From Gammaproteobacteria bacterium (lineage in GTDB: Bacteria; Pseudomonadota; Gammaproteobacteria; Steroidobacterales; Rariloculaceae), in contig JAYPDM010000001.1 of the NCBI GenBank assembly GCA_038125265.1, positions 2,830-66,829 of the forward strand: 64,000 nucleotides of DNA, given 5' to 3'. The translations under genes and the position numbers were made by a program. Position 1 is the first letter of the stretch. Every line of letters begins with the position of its first letter. Under the pieces are notes generated by a model that saw only the letters and a program-made list of their open reading frames with translations, had not been told where the DNA came from and did not search any database. Below, in pieces: positions 8,941 through 17,990 of this stretch.

Positions 8941-9358
8941 AATTAACGGTGAAAAGTTTTTTATCATTTGTTTGCTCGTATTATCGATATGTTATTTTTT
9001 AGGGTCGCTCGCTTTTGGTCCAAATGCCCGCCTTTTACCATTACCTGTCTCACTTGTTTCAATCGTTCTTTGCATTCTTGCGATTGCATCCAGAAGAGAG
9101 TCACAAGTTGATAAAAAAGAAAGCATTCAGAGAGAGCTAAAGGGGATATTCCTTATTCTATTTTTTGTAGCACTGATTGCATTTGTTGGTCCCGCAGTAG
9201 GCTCAGGTATATTCTGTATGATTTATATGCTTAGAAAGCAAAATTTAAATATCTTAAAATCACTTGCTACTTCGATTTGCGTTGCTTTATTTATTTATTA
9301 TATTTTTTATCACTTCCTTCAGTTAACTCCCGATTCAAATTTTCAATTATTGTACTAG
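8933..9358 (+). CDS. TctB-like small 4-TM subunit of the TTT transporter
   Basis: 141 aa with four hydrophobic helices. It lies between TctA and TctC-like genes and overlaps TctA by 8 nt. Assignment rests on size, topology and context only. Confidence 0.6.
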   Translation: MSKINGEKFFIICLLVLSICYFLGSLAFGPNARLLPLPVSLVSIVLCILAIASRRESQVDKKESIQRELKGIFLILFFVALIAFVGPAVGSGIFCMIYMLRKQNLNILKSLATSICVALFIYYIFYHFLQLTPDSNFQLLY

Positions 9359-10341
9359 TGCGAAAAATACTTCTTACCATAATTTTCTTTGCTCAGAGCT
9401 TATTCGCTCAACAGAATCCTATAGATGGTGACTCATTAACTATTGTTGTTCCTAATGCTGCAGGCGGATTAATGGCACGCTATGCAAGAATGGTTGAACC
9501 TTACTTAGAAAAATATCTTGAGATGCAGGTAAATATCAGGATTATGACAGGCGGAGGTAACATTAGAGGAACAAATTATGTATGGTTTGCTGAGCCTGAT
9601 GGAACAACCATTGGCTTTACCTCGATCCCTTCACTTGTTTTGGCACAATTCTCAAATAGTCCCGCTGTTCAATTTGATATAGAAGAATTTAATTTTCTTG
9701 GAAGAGTTTCAACAGAACCGAGAGTATTAGTTGTGGGGGTACAATCAAATATTAAAGATGCATCAAGTCTTGTAGATTTGGGTAGAGAATTTATTTACCC
9801 ATCACAGGGCACTGATGAAGATTTTTTTACTATGATAATTCTTGCAGAAGCGATAGGCCTAGAACTTAAGCCAATCATGGGTTATAACGGCAATCCAGAT
9901 ACTGCCATGGCAATCATTAGAGGAGATGGTGATGGACAAATTACGTCCTGGCGCGCCTCGCTTGCCTCAATGCAGAACGGAGATCAAATTCCCATTCTTA
10001 ATATTGGAAGAGAGCTCTATGAAGATTTTCCAAATGTACCATCGGTACTATCTTATGCCAACAATGATGCAACCGAGGCGATGACTGCTGTTGTTGATAT
10101 GCTTGATACTCATAGAGGGTTTTTTGGTCCTCCTGGCCTAAGCGATGAGATTGTCAGTTATTTGCGCGAAAAAATATTTCTAGCCCTTAGTGACCCAGAA
10201 TTGCTAGAGCTAGCAAATCAAAATGCCCTCCCACTTGTTCCCTCCCATGGAGCAGAAGAAGCCACAAAAATCAATCAATTAGTCTTATCTGAAAGCTTGA
10301 TTATGCCTATACTTGAGTCTACCCTTAATACATTAAGGTGA
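9358..10341 (+). CDS. TctC/Bug-like periplasmic substrate-binding protein
   Basis: The ORF track gives 9277-10341. I prefer the GTG at 9358, which overlaps the TctB stop (TAGTG). It yields (M)RKILLTIIFFAQSLFAQQ, a clean signal peptide. The VPNAAGGLMARYARMV motif region is Bug-like. Confidence 0.7.
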   Translation: MRKILLTIIFFAQSLFAQQNPIDGDSLTIVVPNAAGGLMARYARMVEPYLEKYLEMQVNIRIMTGGGNIRGTNYVWFAEPDGTTIGFTSIPSLVLAQFSNSPAVQFDIEEFNFLGRVSTEPRVLVVGVQSNIKDASSLVDLGREFIYPSQGTDEDFFTMIILAEAIGLELKPIMGYNGNPDTAMAIIRGDGDGQITSWRASLASMQNGDQIPILNIGRELYEDFPNVPSVLSYANNDATEAMTAVVDMLDTHRGFFGPPGLSDEIVSYLREKIFLALSDPELLELANQNALPLVPSHGAEEATKINQLVLSESLIMPILESTLNTLR

Positions 10342-10345
10342 TGCT

Positions 10346-11434
10346 ATGAAAAGAAGAGAAATTTTATCCGGTCTTGCAGCAGCCACTGCGCTGACTGCCT
10401 GCGGTAATAATCAAAATAATACAACTACACAACTATCTACAGAGCAGTTTAACTGGAGGATGGTTACGACCTGGCTACCAAACTTCCCAGGACTGGGAAC
10501 CGGTGTTAATACCCTAGTTAAATACATAAGGGAACTTAGCCAAGGAAGGCTAAATATATCTGTCTATGGCGCAGGCGAGCTTGTTCCGGCTTTTGAAGTT
10601 TTTGATACTGTAGCACAAGGCGCAGTTGAGATGGGTCATGGAGCAGCCTATTATTGGCGTGGCAAAACAGAGGCTACGCAATTTTTTGCTACGATCCCCT
10701 TTGGTATGACAGCACATGAGATGAATGCTTGGATGTATTATGGTGATGGCCTTGATTTATGGCATGAGCTTTATTCTGAATTTAATCTAATAGGATTCCC
10801 TGCAGGAAATACTGGGGTGCAAATGGGTGGTTGGTTTAATAAACAGATCAATTCAATAGATGACCTCAGGGGTCTTAAAATGCGAATTCCTGGAATTGGC
10901 GGAGAAGTTTTAAGGAGAGCCGGTGGAACACCAATCAATCTTCCTCAATCTGAAATTTATACTGCTCTACAAACTGGAAGTATCGATGCTACCGAGTGGG
11001 TCGGGCCATATAATGATTTAGCAGCAGGTCTCCATGATGCCGCACAATACTACTACTATCCCGGATGGCATGAACCCGGTACCACCTTAGAGTGTATGAT
11101 TAATCTAGATGCGTGGTTAAGTCTACCGCCTGATCTAAGATCAATTGTGATGATTGCTTGCCAAGCTGCAAATTTAGATATGATGTCCGAATTTAATGCC
11201 AGAAATGCAAACGCATTATCAACCCTGATTAATCAAGAAGGCATTGACGTTCGACCTTTCCCAGAGGAAGTAATGGCGAGGCTAAAAAGTATCACTAATG
11301 AGGTCATTAATGAGCTAGCAACCGAAGATGCAAGGGTCGAAAAAGTATGGAATTCTTACCGAGAATTCCAAAGCGAGGCAAGATCCTGGCAGGAAGTTTC
11401 TGAGCAAGCATACATGGAAAGTACTGAGGAATAA
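10346..11434 (+). CDS. TRAP-transporter DctP-family substrate-binding protein (orphan; no DctQ/M adjacent)
   Basis: 362 aa. The N-terminus MKRREILSGLAAATALTACG looks like a Tat-type RR signal with a lipobox Cys. The body (WRMVTTW ... GELVPAFEVFDTVAQGAVEMGHGAAYYW ... TEWVGPYND) matches the DctP/family-7 solute receptor pattern. Confidence 0.8.
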   Translation: MKRREILSGLAAATALTACGNNQNNTTTQLSTEQFNWRMVTTWLPNFPGLGTGVNTLVKYIRELSQGRLNISVYGAGELVPAFEVFDTVAQGAVEMGHGAAYYWRGKTEATQFFATIPFGMTAHEMNAWMYYGDGLDLWHELYSEFNLIGFPAGNTGVQMGGWFNKQINSIDDLRGLKMRIPGIGGEVLRRAGGTPINLPQSEIYTALQTGSIDATEWVGPYNDLAAGLHDAAQYYYYPGWHEPGTTLECMINLDAWLSLPPDLRSIVMIACQAANLDMMSEFNARNANALSTLINQEGIDVRPFPEEVMARLKSITNEVINELATEDARVEKVWNSYREFQSEARSWQEVSEQAYMESTEE

Positions 11435-11437
11435 ATT

Positions 11438-12061
11438 ATGAAAATTTATTTAAATATAATATTTGCATTGGCTATGTTTGGCTGTGCCTCCAGCACGATG
11501 ATCTCAGGAGATCATTCTGATCCAACAAATAATTTATTACCTTCCCATATCGACGAATCATGGACTAGCTTTTTTTCTGGAGAAGATCTTAATCAATTTA
11601 CTTTTATCGGTGATGCGGAGTGGGAGATTATTGATAATTACGTGGAAGCTGTCGATGGATTGCCAAAATTTTTAGTAACCAATTCCGCATTTAGAGATAT
11701 TGAGCTGTATGCAGAATTTTGGACCAGCCCAGATGCCAATAGTGGTATTTTTGTCAGATGCCAAGATATACATAACATCGCAGCTGGTACATGCTATGAA
11801 GTTAATATTTTTGACCAAAGACCTGACCAAAGATACAGAACAGGAGGCATTGTAAACTTCGCTGAGCCAATGGGATTTCAAAATGCTGCAAATCAATGGA
11901 ATCAATTTCTAATACGCATCGTTGGAAATCATATTGAGGTTTACCTCAATGATGAACTCATGGTTGATATGGAGGACGATACTTTCTTTGCTGGGCCCAT
12001 TGCCTATCAATGGAGCGCAGGAACTGTACGATTCAGAAACCTCTGGTTTCGAGTTTTATAA
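11438..12061 (+). CDS. DUF1080 (3-keto-disaccharide hydrolase-like, concanavalin-fold) lipoprotein
   Basis: 207 aa. Signal peptide with lipobox (AMFGCASS). The DUF1080 pattern is W-x-x-F ... F-x-D-I/F-E-L ... NSGIF-x-R ... YE-x-x-I-x-D ... TGG ... WN ... I. Confidence 0.75.
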   Translation: MKIYLNIIFALAMFGCASSTMISGDHSDPTNNLLPSHIDESWTSFFSGEDLNQFTFIGDAEWEIIDNYVEAVDGLPKFLVTNSAFRDIELYAEFWTSPDANSGIFVRCQDIHNIAAGTCYEVNIFDQRPDQRYRTGGIVNFAEPMGFQNAANQWNQFLIRIVGNHIEVYLNDELMVDMEDDTFFAGPIAYQWSAGTVRFRNLWFRVL

Positions 12062-12063
12062 GG

Positions 12064-12597
12064 TTGGTACACATACTCAAAGACCAAAAAAATCAATTTG
12101 GTATAGTCTCAATAGCCTTACACTGGATTGTAGCTATTGCATTACTCATGATACTCCTATCAGGCAGAGAATTAGCTAATGGAAACCCTAATCTATCCTA
12201 TGATGAAATCTTACTTGTACATGCTCGCGTGGCATATTTAGTATTGCCTTTTTTTCTTTTCAGGCTCTATTGGAGGCTAAGGCAGGGCTATCCAGAATTT
12301 ACTATCTCAAAGAAACTGAGTCATTTTATTCCTCCTTTTCAATACTTTATCTTGATAAGTATATTTTTTAGCTATTTATCCTGCTACTTCATCCTAAATA
12401 TGGATACAAATTTATGGTATTTAAAGCAGGAGAATATAGCGAGCATGACCACGGAAATATCGATTCATACCGTTGTTGCGAAGACTGCCTTTTTATTAAT
12501 AATCATTCACATCATAGCTGCAAGCATACAGATCCTATTTGCAAAGAATGTAAATGCACGCAGGATGATATCATTACCTGATAATGAAAAAACTTAA
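12064..12597 (+). CDS. Prokaryotic cytochrome b561 (CybB-like di-heme membrane protein)
   Basis: The ORF track gives 12010. The first 18 codons overlap the upstream gene, so a TTG at 12064 is plausible, though the start is uncertain. Four TM helices carry the four conserved His positions (IALHW, LLVHARV, SIHTVVA, IIIHIIAA), arranged as in E. coli CybB. Confidence 0.7.
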   Translation: MVHILKDQKNQFGIVSIALHWIVAIALLMILLSGRELANGNPNLSYDEILLVHARVAYLVLPFFLFRLYWRLRQGYPEFTISKKLSHFIPPFQYFILISIFFSYLSCYFILNMDTNLWYLKQENIASMTTEISIHTVVAKTAFLLIIIHIIAASIQILFAKNVNARRMISLPDNEKT

Positions 12598-13066
12598 TCA
12601 TTACATCACCTTTTTACTTTTACTATTCTCATCTTCTCTTGCGGCTGAGAAAGTAAATTACTTTATAGCCTATACCCAGCAAGAAAATGGCATTGTAATT
12701 GAAAATTGGGATGGTTATGAGCCAACGCTTGGATTAAATTTTTCTCAGATCATTGATTATTGCACCTCAACTCATTCTAATTATTCAATACCTACTTTTG
12801 AGGTCTATGATTTGACTGACCTTCAGATCAATTGTTATGACCGCGATGGGAATGAGATTAATGAAGTGCCATTAATCCTAAGTATAGAGAGCCTGGGAGA
12901 TATTTTTAACCTGAGTGGTGCAGAGATTTATTTCACGGATAGAAACTATCCCTACATCAGATTATGGGCAGAATGCATTTATGAGAGATCTGGGGGATCA
13001 AGGTTTACTTTTCCTATAATTTTTCTTAATGATAAAGCCTTTATTTCAAAAATTATTCAACCATGA
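12584..13066 (+). CDS. Hypothetical secreted protein (4 Cys), no recognisable family
   Basis: 160 aa. N-terminal signal peptide FLLLLFSSSLAAE. Overlaps the upstream gene by 14 nt and the downstream gene by 4 nt (ATGA), so it is translationally coupled. Confidence 0.6.
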   Translation: MKKLNHYITFLLLLFSSSLAAEKVNYFIAYTQQENGIVIENWDGYEPTLGLNFSQIIDYCTSTHSNYSIPTFEVYDLTDLQINCYDRDGNEINEVPLILSIESLGDIFNLSGAEIYFTDRNYPYIRLWAECIYERSGGSRFTFPIIFLNDKAFISKIIQP

Positions 13067-14058
13067 TACCTGAGGCAGTGATTGAGAGTTATGGCCTTGG
13101 CCATGGTTCAATAGAAGCTATCAATACTGGACTGATTAATGAAACTTGGAAATTATCAACCAAAAAGGATGATTTTATTTTTCAAAAAATAAATCCTATT
13201 TTCCCAGAACAAATCCACGAATCGATTCATAAAATCACAAAAATACTTTTGCAAGATGACATTGGCTCTGTTGAGATAATAAGAACTAAAAATGGAGAAC
13301 TAATCCATAAAGAAAATAATGAAATTTGGAGGGTTACGAAATATATCTCAGGTGATAATTTTGAGATTACCCCAGATGCTGAGTATGCTTTTAGTCTTGG
13401 GAAGGGATTGGCTCAAATGCAAAAATGCCTTCGTAATGTAAAGCTTGAACTTCCCATAAGAACAATCAAAGAAACCGATAAGTGCTATGAAGAGTTAATT
13501 TCTCTCATAAAATTGAATCAAGATCACTCACAGATTAAAACTATTCATTTGTATGCTGAAGAAATAAGCAAAGAGTATGATGCTCTTGATCAAAGGTTAC
13601 AAGTTGATGATAGTCAAATGATCCATGGGGATCCTAAAATATCTAATGCAATCTTTGTAAACGGGTCATCTGAAATTAGAGCTTGGATAGATTTTGATAC
13701 CATCGCCGTTCACAACCCCTATGACGAAATTGGAGATGCTATTCGGTCTTGGTGTAATCCATTTCATGAATCAGATACTGAGAGTCAGATCGATCAAACA
13801 TTACTTAAAGCAGCTCTAGAGGGCATTCTATATTTTGATATGTATAGAGAAATAAACAGTAAATCAGTCATTCAATTTTATACAAAGAAAATAACGCTTC
13901 GGTTGGCAATGCGTTTCTTGACAGATGCAATGACAGAAAATTATTTTTATTGGGACAAAAGCAAATACGATACGCTCTCGGAACAAAATATTGCGAGAAC
14001 ACGCGCGCAACTCAATTTACTGAAATCAATTGACTCTGCATTTATGACACTTCTGTGA
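13063..14058 (+). CDS. APH-fold phosphotransferase, NahK-like (candidate sugar / N-acetylhexosamine anomeric kinase)
   Basis: 331 aa. N-terminal GLINETWKL...FIFQKINPIFPE, catalytic loop IHGDPKISNAIF, metal-binding WIDFDTI and C-terminal MRFLTD...ARTRAQL align motif-for-motif with my recollection of Bifidobacterium NahK (GHINTTY...YILQQMN..IFPD; HNDTKLNN; IDLDT; MRFLADY...VRTRTQ). The function is inferred. Confidence 0.65.
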   Translation: MIPEAVIESYGLGHGSIEAINTGLINETWKLSTKKDDFIFQKINPIFPEQIHESIHKITKILLQDDIGSVEIIRTKNGELIHKENNEIWRVTKYISGDNFEITPDAEYAFSLGKGLAQMQKCLRNVKLELPIRTIKETDKCYEELISLIKLNQDHSQIKTIHLYAEEISKEYDALDQRLQVDDSQMIHGDPKISNAIFVNGSSEIRAWIDFDTIAVHNPYDEIGDAIRSWCNPFHESDTESQIDQTLLKAALEGILYFDMYREINSKSVIQFYTKKITLRLAMRFLTDAMTENYFYWDKSKYDTLSEQNIARTRAQLNLLKSIDSAFMTLL

Positions 14059-14095
14059 CAGTAAAAAACTAAAATTCTTATATATTCAGCGATCT

Positions 14096-15409
14096 ATGAT
14101 AAACAATTATCAAATTGTTGGTATAACTTGGCGCGATCATCTTCAAGAAGAGATTGAAAAAATCTCATTAAATGAAGAACAGGTCCTTAAAGCCCTGCAG
14201 TTATTAAAGAAAAAATATCAGGTTGAAGAGTGCGCCTATCTTAAAACCTGTAACAGAATTGAGCTCTTTGTCTATTCAGAAGATCTATCTATACATAAAA
14301 ACATTAGAATGATTTGGCACGAAATCATAGGTGAATTTGGAATAGCAAAATCTGAGAGCATTCAATTTAGATCATGGAGAGGAGAAGGAGCGTTTGAGCA
14401 TCTTTTTATGGTTGCCTCTGGTCTCGATTCTGCCTCTTTAGGAGAAAGTGAAATTTTATATCAGCTAAAGAATGCAAAAGAATTTGCCCAAAAAAATCAC
14501 TTGATTGCATCAGAAATTAACTTCCTCTTCGAAGAGTCATTCAAAGTTGCTGCCCAAATTAAGAGCAATACATTGCTTAACTCAGGAAAACAATCATTAT
14601 CTGAAATCGCTATAAATATTTTTACAAAATCCAATCTATCTGGCAAAGATTTGAATATAGGTCTCATTGGAACATCCCCTGTAATTATTAATGCACTTAA
14701 GTCACTTCTAGAAAGAGGATTTAAGCCTACTTTAATGAATAGAACACTCAAAAATATAAAAGATCTGCAAGATAAGTACCCTATCCAAATGATCAGCTTA
14801 AAAGATCTAAATGCTGGCAATCATCATTTCGATGTAATCTTATCTGCCACAAGTGCTACAGAAGAAATTATCAATGAAGAATCACTAAAAGCCATATTTA
14901 CGAACCAAACAAAAATATATATCGATTTAGCAAGCACTCCTGACGTCTCATCAGATGTATGTAAACGAAATCACATAAACTATTACTCCTTAGATGATGT
15001 GATTGAAAAGGCAAAATACACTCATCAAACTCGTCAAGCAGAAGTAGCAAATGCAAGAGAAATTATTGATAGCTATTTGATCAATTTAAATCAAAAAATT
15101 AATGATAAGAAATACAACTCAATTTATTCTGCAATACAAAAAAGATATCAATATACCGCCTCAGAAGGTATTAAAAGATTAATCAAAAAAAATGCATTAA
15201 AACTTGACCAAGATGCTATGAATGAAATTGATATTTGGTGTTCAGCGCTTGCAAGAAGATTTGCTCACATTCCAACCTTAGGAATAAAAGGCTTACTGAA
15301 TAATGGTCCAGACGGTTCTGTTGAAGCATTTATTGAGGGTCTTGATGAAAAGTTTAAAACTGAACTTAAGCTCGCAATACTAGAAACTAAAGGGGGCAAC
15401 CTTGATTAA
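14096..15409 (+). CDS. hemA: Glutamyl-tRNA reductase
   Basis: 437 aa. Active-site motif LKTCNRIELF. SxLGExEIL-type motif DSASLGESEILYQLK. Central NAD(P) domain IGLIGTSPV. First gene of the heme run. Confidence 0.9.
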   Translation: MINNYQIVGITWRDHLQEEIEKISLNEEQVLKALQLLKKKYQVEECAYLKTCNRIELFVYSEDLSIHKNIRMIWHEIIGEFGIAKSESIQFRSWRGEGAFEHLFMVASGLDSASLGESEILYQLKNAKEFAQKNHLIASEINFLFEESFKVAAQIKSNTLLNSGKQSLSEIAINIFTKSNLSGKDLNIGLIGTSPVIINALKSLLERGFKPTLMNRTLKNIKDLQDKYPIQMISLKDLNAGNHHFDVILSATSATEEIINEESLKAIFTNQTKIYIDLASTPDVSSDVCKRNHINYYSLDDVIEKAKYTHQTRQAEVANAREIIDSYLINLNQKINDKKYNSIYSAIQKRYQYTASEGIKRLIKKNALKLDQDAMNEIDIWCSALARRFAHIPTLGIKGLLNNGPDGSVEAFIEGLDEKFKTELKLAILETKGGNLD

Positions 15410-16298
15410 GATAGGAACCAGAGCCTCTCATTTAGCTAGAACTCAAGCACTTTTGGTTGAGAAAAAACTAAATGATATTGGGATAGAAACTAAAATAGTG
15501 ATCATCACAACTGAGGGCGATAGGAATTTAAATAAGAACTTTTCTGAAATAGGCTCTCAGGGAATATTTGTCAAGGAACTGGAACAGTCATTATTAAAAC
15601 AAGATATTGATATTGCTGTGCACTCAGCCAAAGACCTGCCGATCCAGCTAGATCAAAAATTACAAATTGGTGCCTACCTAAAAAGAGAAGATCCTGCAGA
15701 TATACTGCTTAGCTTCCATGAGATAAATGAAAATGTATTAAAGAGTAAAAACCTAACCATTGGCACTTCATCAATTCGAAGATCTAAATGGATTAGTCAT
15801 TTTTACCCTCATATCATTGTTGAAGGTCTAAGAGGCAATGTACCCACTAGAATAAAAGCTCTAGAAAATATTGATGTAATTATATTAGCTAAAGCAGGTA
15901 TGGACCGTTTAAATAAGTCACCTCTGTCTGATAAACCCAATATCGATCTTAAAAAATTACATATGCATAGGCTTGATCCTAATCAATTTGTATCTGCACC
16001 GGGTCAAGGCGCCATAGCCATTGAATGCTTAAAAGCAAGCAAAGATATACTGGATTCCCTTAATAGAATTAATCATAAAGAAACCCAAACTTGTATCGAT
16101 CATGAAAGGATAATGCTTGGTCACTTGAGTGGTGGTTGCAATGTTCCCCTTGGCGTTTATGTCAAAATGATTAATCAAAATAATTCTTTTGAGATGCATA
16201 TTGCTCATGCATTAAATAACAAATTTATTAAGAAAACATTTCAATACAATCAGATAAATCAAGTTGAAGAAAAAATATTACAAGAATTGAAATCATGA
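15402..16298 (+). CDS. hemC: Hydroxymethylbilane synthase (porphobilinogen deaminase)
   Basis: 298 aa. N-terminal IKIGTRASHLARTQA, plus GNVPTR. The cofactor cysteine motif GGCNVPLG is present. Overlaps hemA by 8 nt. Confidence 0.93.
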   Translation: MIKIGTRASHLARTQALLVEKKLNDIGIETKIVIITTEGDRNLNKNFSEIGSQGIFVKELEQSLLKQDIDIAVHSAKDLPIQLDQKLQIGAYLKREDPADILLSFHEINENVLKSKNLTIGTSSIRRSKWISHFYPHIIVEGLRGNVPTRIKALENIDVIILAKAGMDRLNKSPLSDKPNIDLKKLHMHRLDPNQFVSAPGQGAIAIECLKASKDILDSLNRINHKETQTCIDHERIMLGHLSGGCNVPLGVYVKMINQNNSFEMHIAHALNNKFIKKTFQYNQINQVEEKILQELKS

Positions 16299-17017
16299 GC
16301 ATAAGCGGAAAAAAAATACTTATCACCAGAGATAACGAGGGCAATAAAGATTGGCAAGAGAAATTACGCTCTTTGGGGGCCATAGTAAAGGCCCTAGACT
16401 GTATTAGCATTCATGAATTTAATATGGATAACGAGAAATTAATTGAGATTAGAAGAATAATTGAAGCTTCAGAATATGTGATCTGGACTTCAGCGAGGGG
16501 CGTTTTTTATTCAAGAAAATTTTTTAATGGTCATAATACTTCAAAGTTTTGTGCTGTAGGTATTCCCACCGCTAATGAGATAAAAAAATATTTTGGTGAT
16601 CCTTATTTAATTAGCCAAGAAATGAATGCAAAAGGCCTCAGTCAAATTATTATTAAAAATGAGGACCTTAAAAATAAAAAAATCTTATTACTCTTGGCCA
16701 TCAATGCCTCAGATGTTCTAGAAAAGGAACTTCAAAATGCTGGTGCCAATGTAAAACGAATTAATATCTATGAGACCAAACCAATAATGCTTAATGATCC
16801 AATTTTATTAAGCTCACTAGATGTAGATCATATTTTCGTTGCTAGCCCAAGTGCAGCGAAGGGCCTAAAAAATAATGTAATTTTCGACCGTTCGGTCAAC
16901 GTTTACCCTATTGGGGTGACAACAAAAAAAACTTTAGATAAGTATCAAATTAAAACGCAGCCAATTCCAAAATCCACAGGACTGGAAGGTCTAATAAATC
17001 AATTAAATAATAACTAA
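16295..17017 (+). CDS. hemD: Uroporphyrinogen-III synthase
   Basis: 240 aa. Size, two-lobe pattern (ILITR ... WTSARGV ... FVASPSAAKG) and position between hemC and hemB. ATGA overlap with hemC. This family is weakly conserved, so confidence is moderate. Confidence 0.75.
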   Translation: MSISGKKILITRDNEGNKDWQEKLRSLGAIVKALDCISIHEFNMDNEKLIEIRRIIEASEYVIWTSARGVFYSRKFFNGHNTSKFCAVGIPTANEIKKYFGDPYLISQEMNAKGLSQIIIKNEDLKNKKILLLLAINASDVLEKELQNAGANVKRINIYETKPIMLNDPILLSSLDVDHIFVASPSAAKGLKNNVIFDRSVNVYPIGVTTKKTLDKYQIKTQPIPKSTGLEGLINQLNNN

Positions 17018-17019
17018 CT

Positions 17020-17988
17020 ATGGGTAGAGAGTTTAGAATCAATCAAGAAATCAGGGATAGCATAGCTGAAACATCATTATCGCGCTCAGATCTAATAATG
17101 CCCTACTTTGTAAATGACTCAAGTCATTCTATAGAAATTTCTGCAATGCCTGGAATATTAAACCATTCAATAGGTTCTCTAATTTCTAATGTTCAGGAGC
17201 AGTTAAAATTTGGTATTAGTTCCATGCTTCTCTTCGGAAGTACAGAAAATCAAAAAAATAAAACTAATGATGGTAGCTATGCTTATCACGAAGAAGGCAT
17301 TACGCAGACAGCAGTGCGTGCCTTAAAAAAAGAATTTGGTAATGACCTTACTATTATCACAGATGTGTGTATTTGCTCATTCACAAATCATGGTCACTGT
17401 GGTGTCGCTCAAGGAGAGAATATTCTTAATGATGAGACCCTTCCCATCCTTGCAAAAATTGCAAAAAGTCACGCAGATGCTGGAGCAGATATCATTTCAC
17501 CGTCAGATATGATGGATAACAGAGTGCAATTTATCTCAGATTATTTAAAGGAAGAGATTAATCGAAAGATTCCATTATTTAGTTATGCCGCAAAATTTGC
17601 TTCTTCTTACTATGGGCCCTTTAGAGAAGCAGCAGATTCATCACCTAAATTTGGTGACAGGAAGAGCTATCAAATGGATTACAGAAATTCTAATGAAGCC
17701 ATGAACGAGATCCAGGAAGACCTAGATCAAGGTGCTGATGGAATTATTTTTAAACCTGCTTTAGCTTTTTTGGATATCTTAGCTAGGGCAACCAAAAAAT
17801 TTGATACTAGAAAGTTGGCTTATAATGTCTCTGGTGAGTATTCAATGGTAAAGGCAGCGGGCATGAAGGGATGGATCAATGAAAAAGAAATTATTATAGA
17901 AAATCTTTTTTGCATGAAGAGAGCAGGTGCGACTGACATTATTACTTATCATGCATTAGAAGTTGCAAAAAATAATTGGATTGAATAG
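17020..17988 (+). CDS. hemB: Porphobilinogen synthase (ALA dehydratase), Zn-type
   Basis: 322 aa. Cys-rich metal site DVCICSFTNHGHCGV (Zn-dependent class). Schiff-base lysine regions SYAAKFASSYYGPFR and KPALAFLD. Confidence 0.93.
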   Translation: MGREFRINQEIRDSIAETSLSRSDLIMPYFVNDSSHSIEISAMPGILNHSIGSLISNVQEQLKFGISSMLLFGSTENQKNKTNDGSYAYHEEGITQTAVRALKKEFGNDLTIITDVCICSFTNHGHCGVAQGENILNDETLPILAKIAKSHADAGADIISPSDMMDNRVQFISDYLKEEINRKIPLFSYAAKFASSYYGPFREAADSSPKFGDRKSYQMDYRNSNEAMNEIQEDLDQGADGIIFKPALAFLDILARATKKFDTRKLAYNVSGEYSMVKAAGMKGWINEKEIIIENLFCMKRAGATDIITYHALEVAKNNWIE

Positions 17989-17990
17989 TA

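Noticed and set aside
9277-9357. Upstream extension of the TctC-like ORF (track start 9277), and similar extensions at 1455-1502, 4687-4743, 12010-12063, 22763-22780, 23799-23819, 39045-39071 and 54746-54763
   Set aside because: The extensions overlap the preceding gene or remove the divergent promoter. The downstream starts give proper signal peptides or N-terminal motifs, and ATGA/TAATG-type junctions or an SD.
14059-14095. Promoter or riboswitch upstream of hemA
   Set aside because: Only 37 nt separate the kinase gene from hemA. I could not find a convincing -35/-10 pair, since TTGACT at about 14031 lacks a properly spaced -10. The space is too short for a structured leader, so hemA may be co-transcribed with upstream genes.
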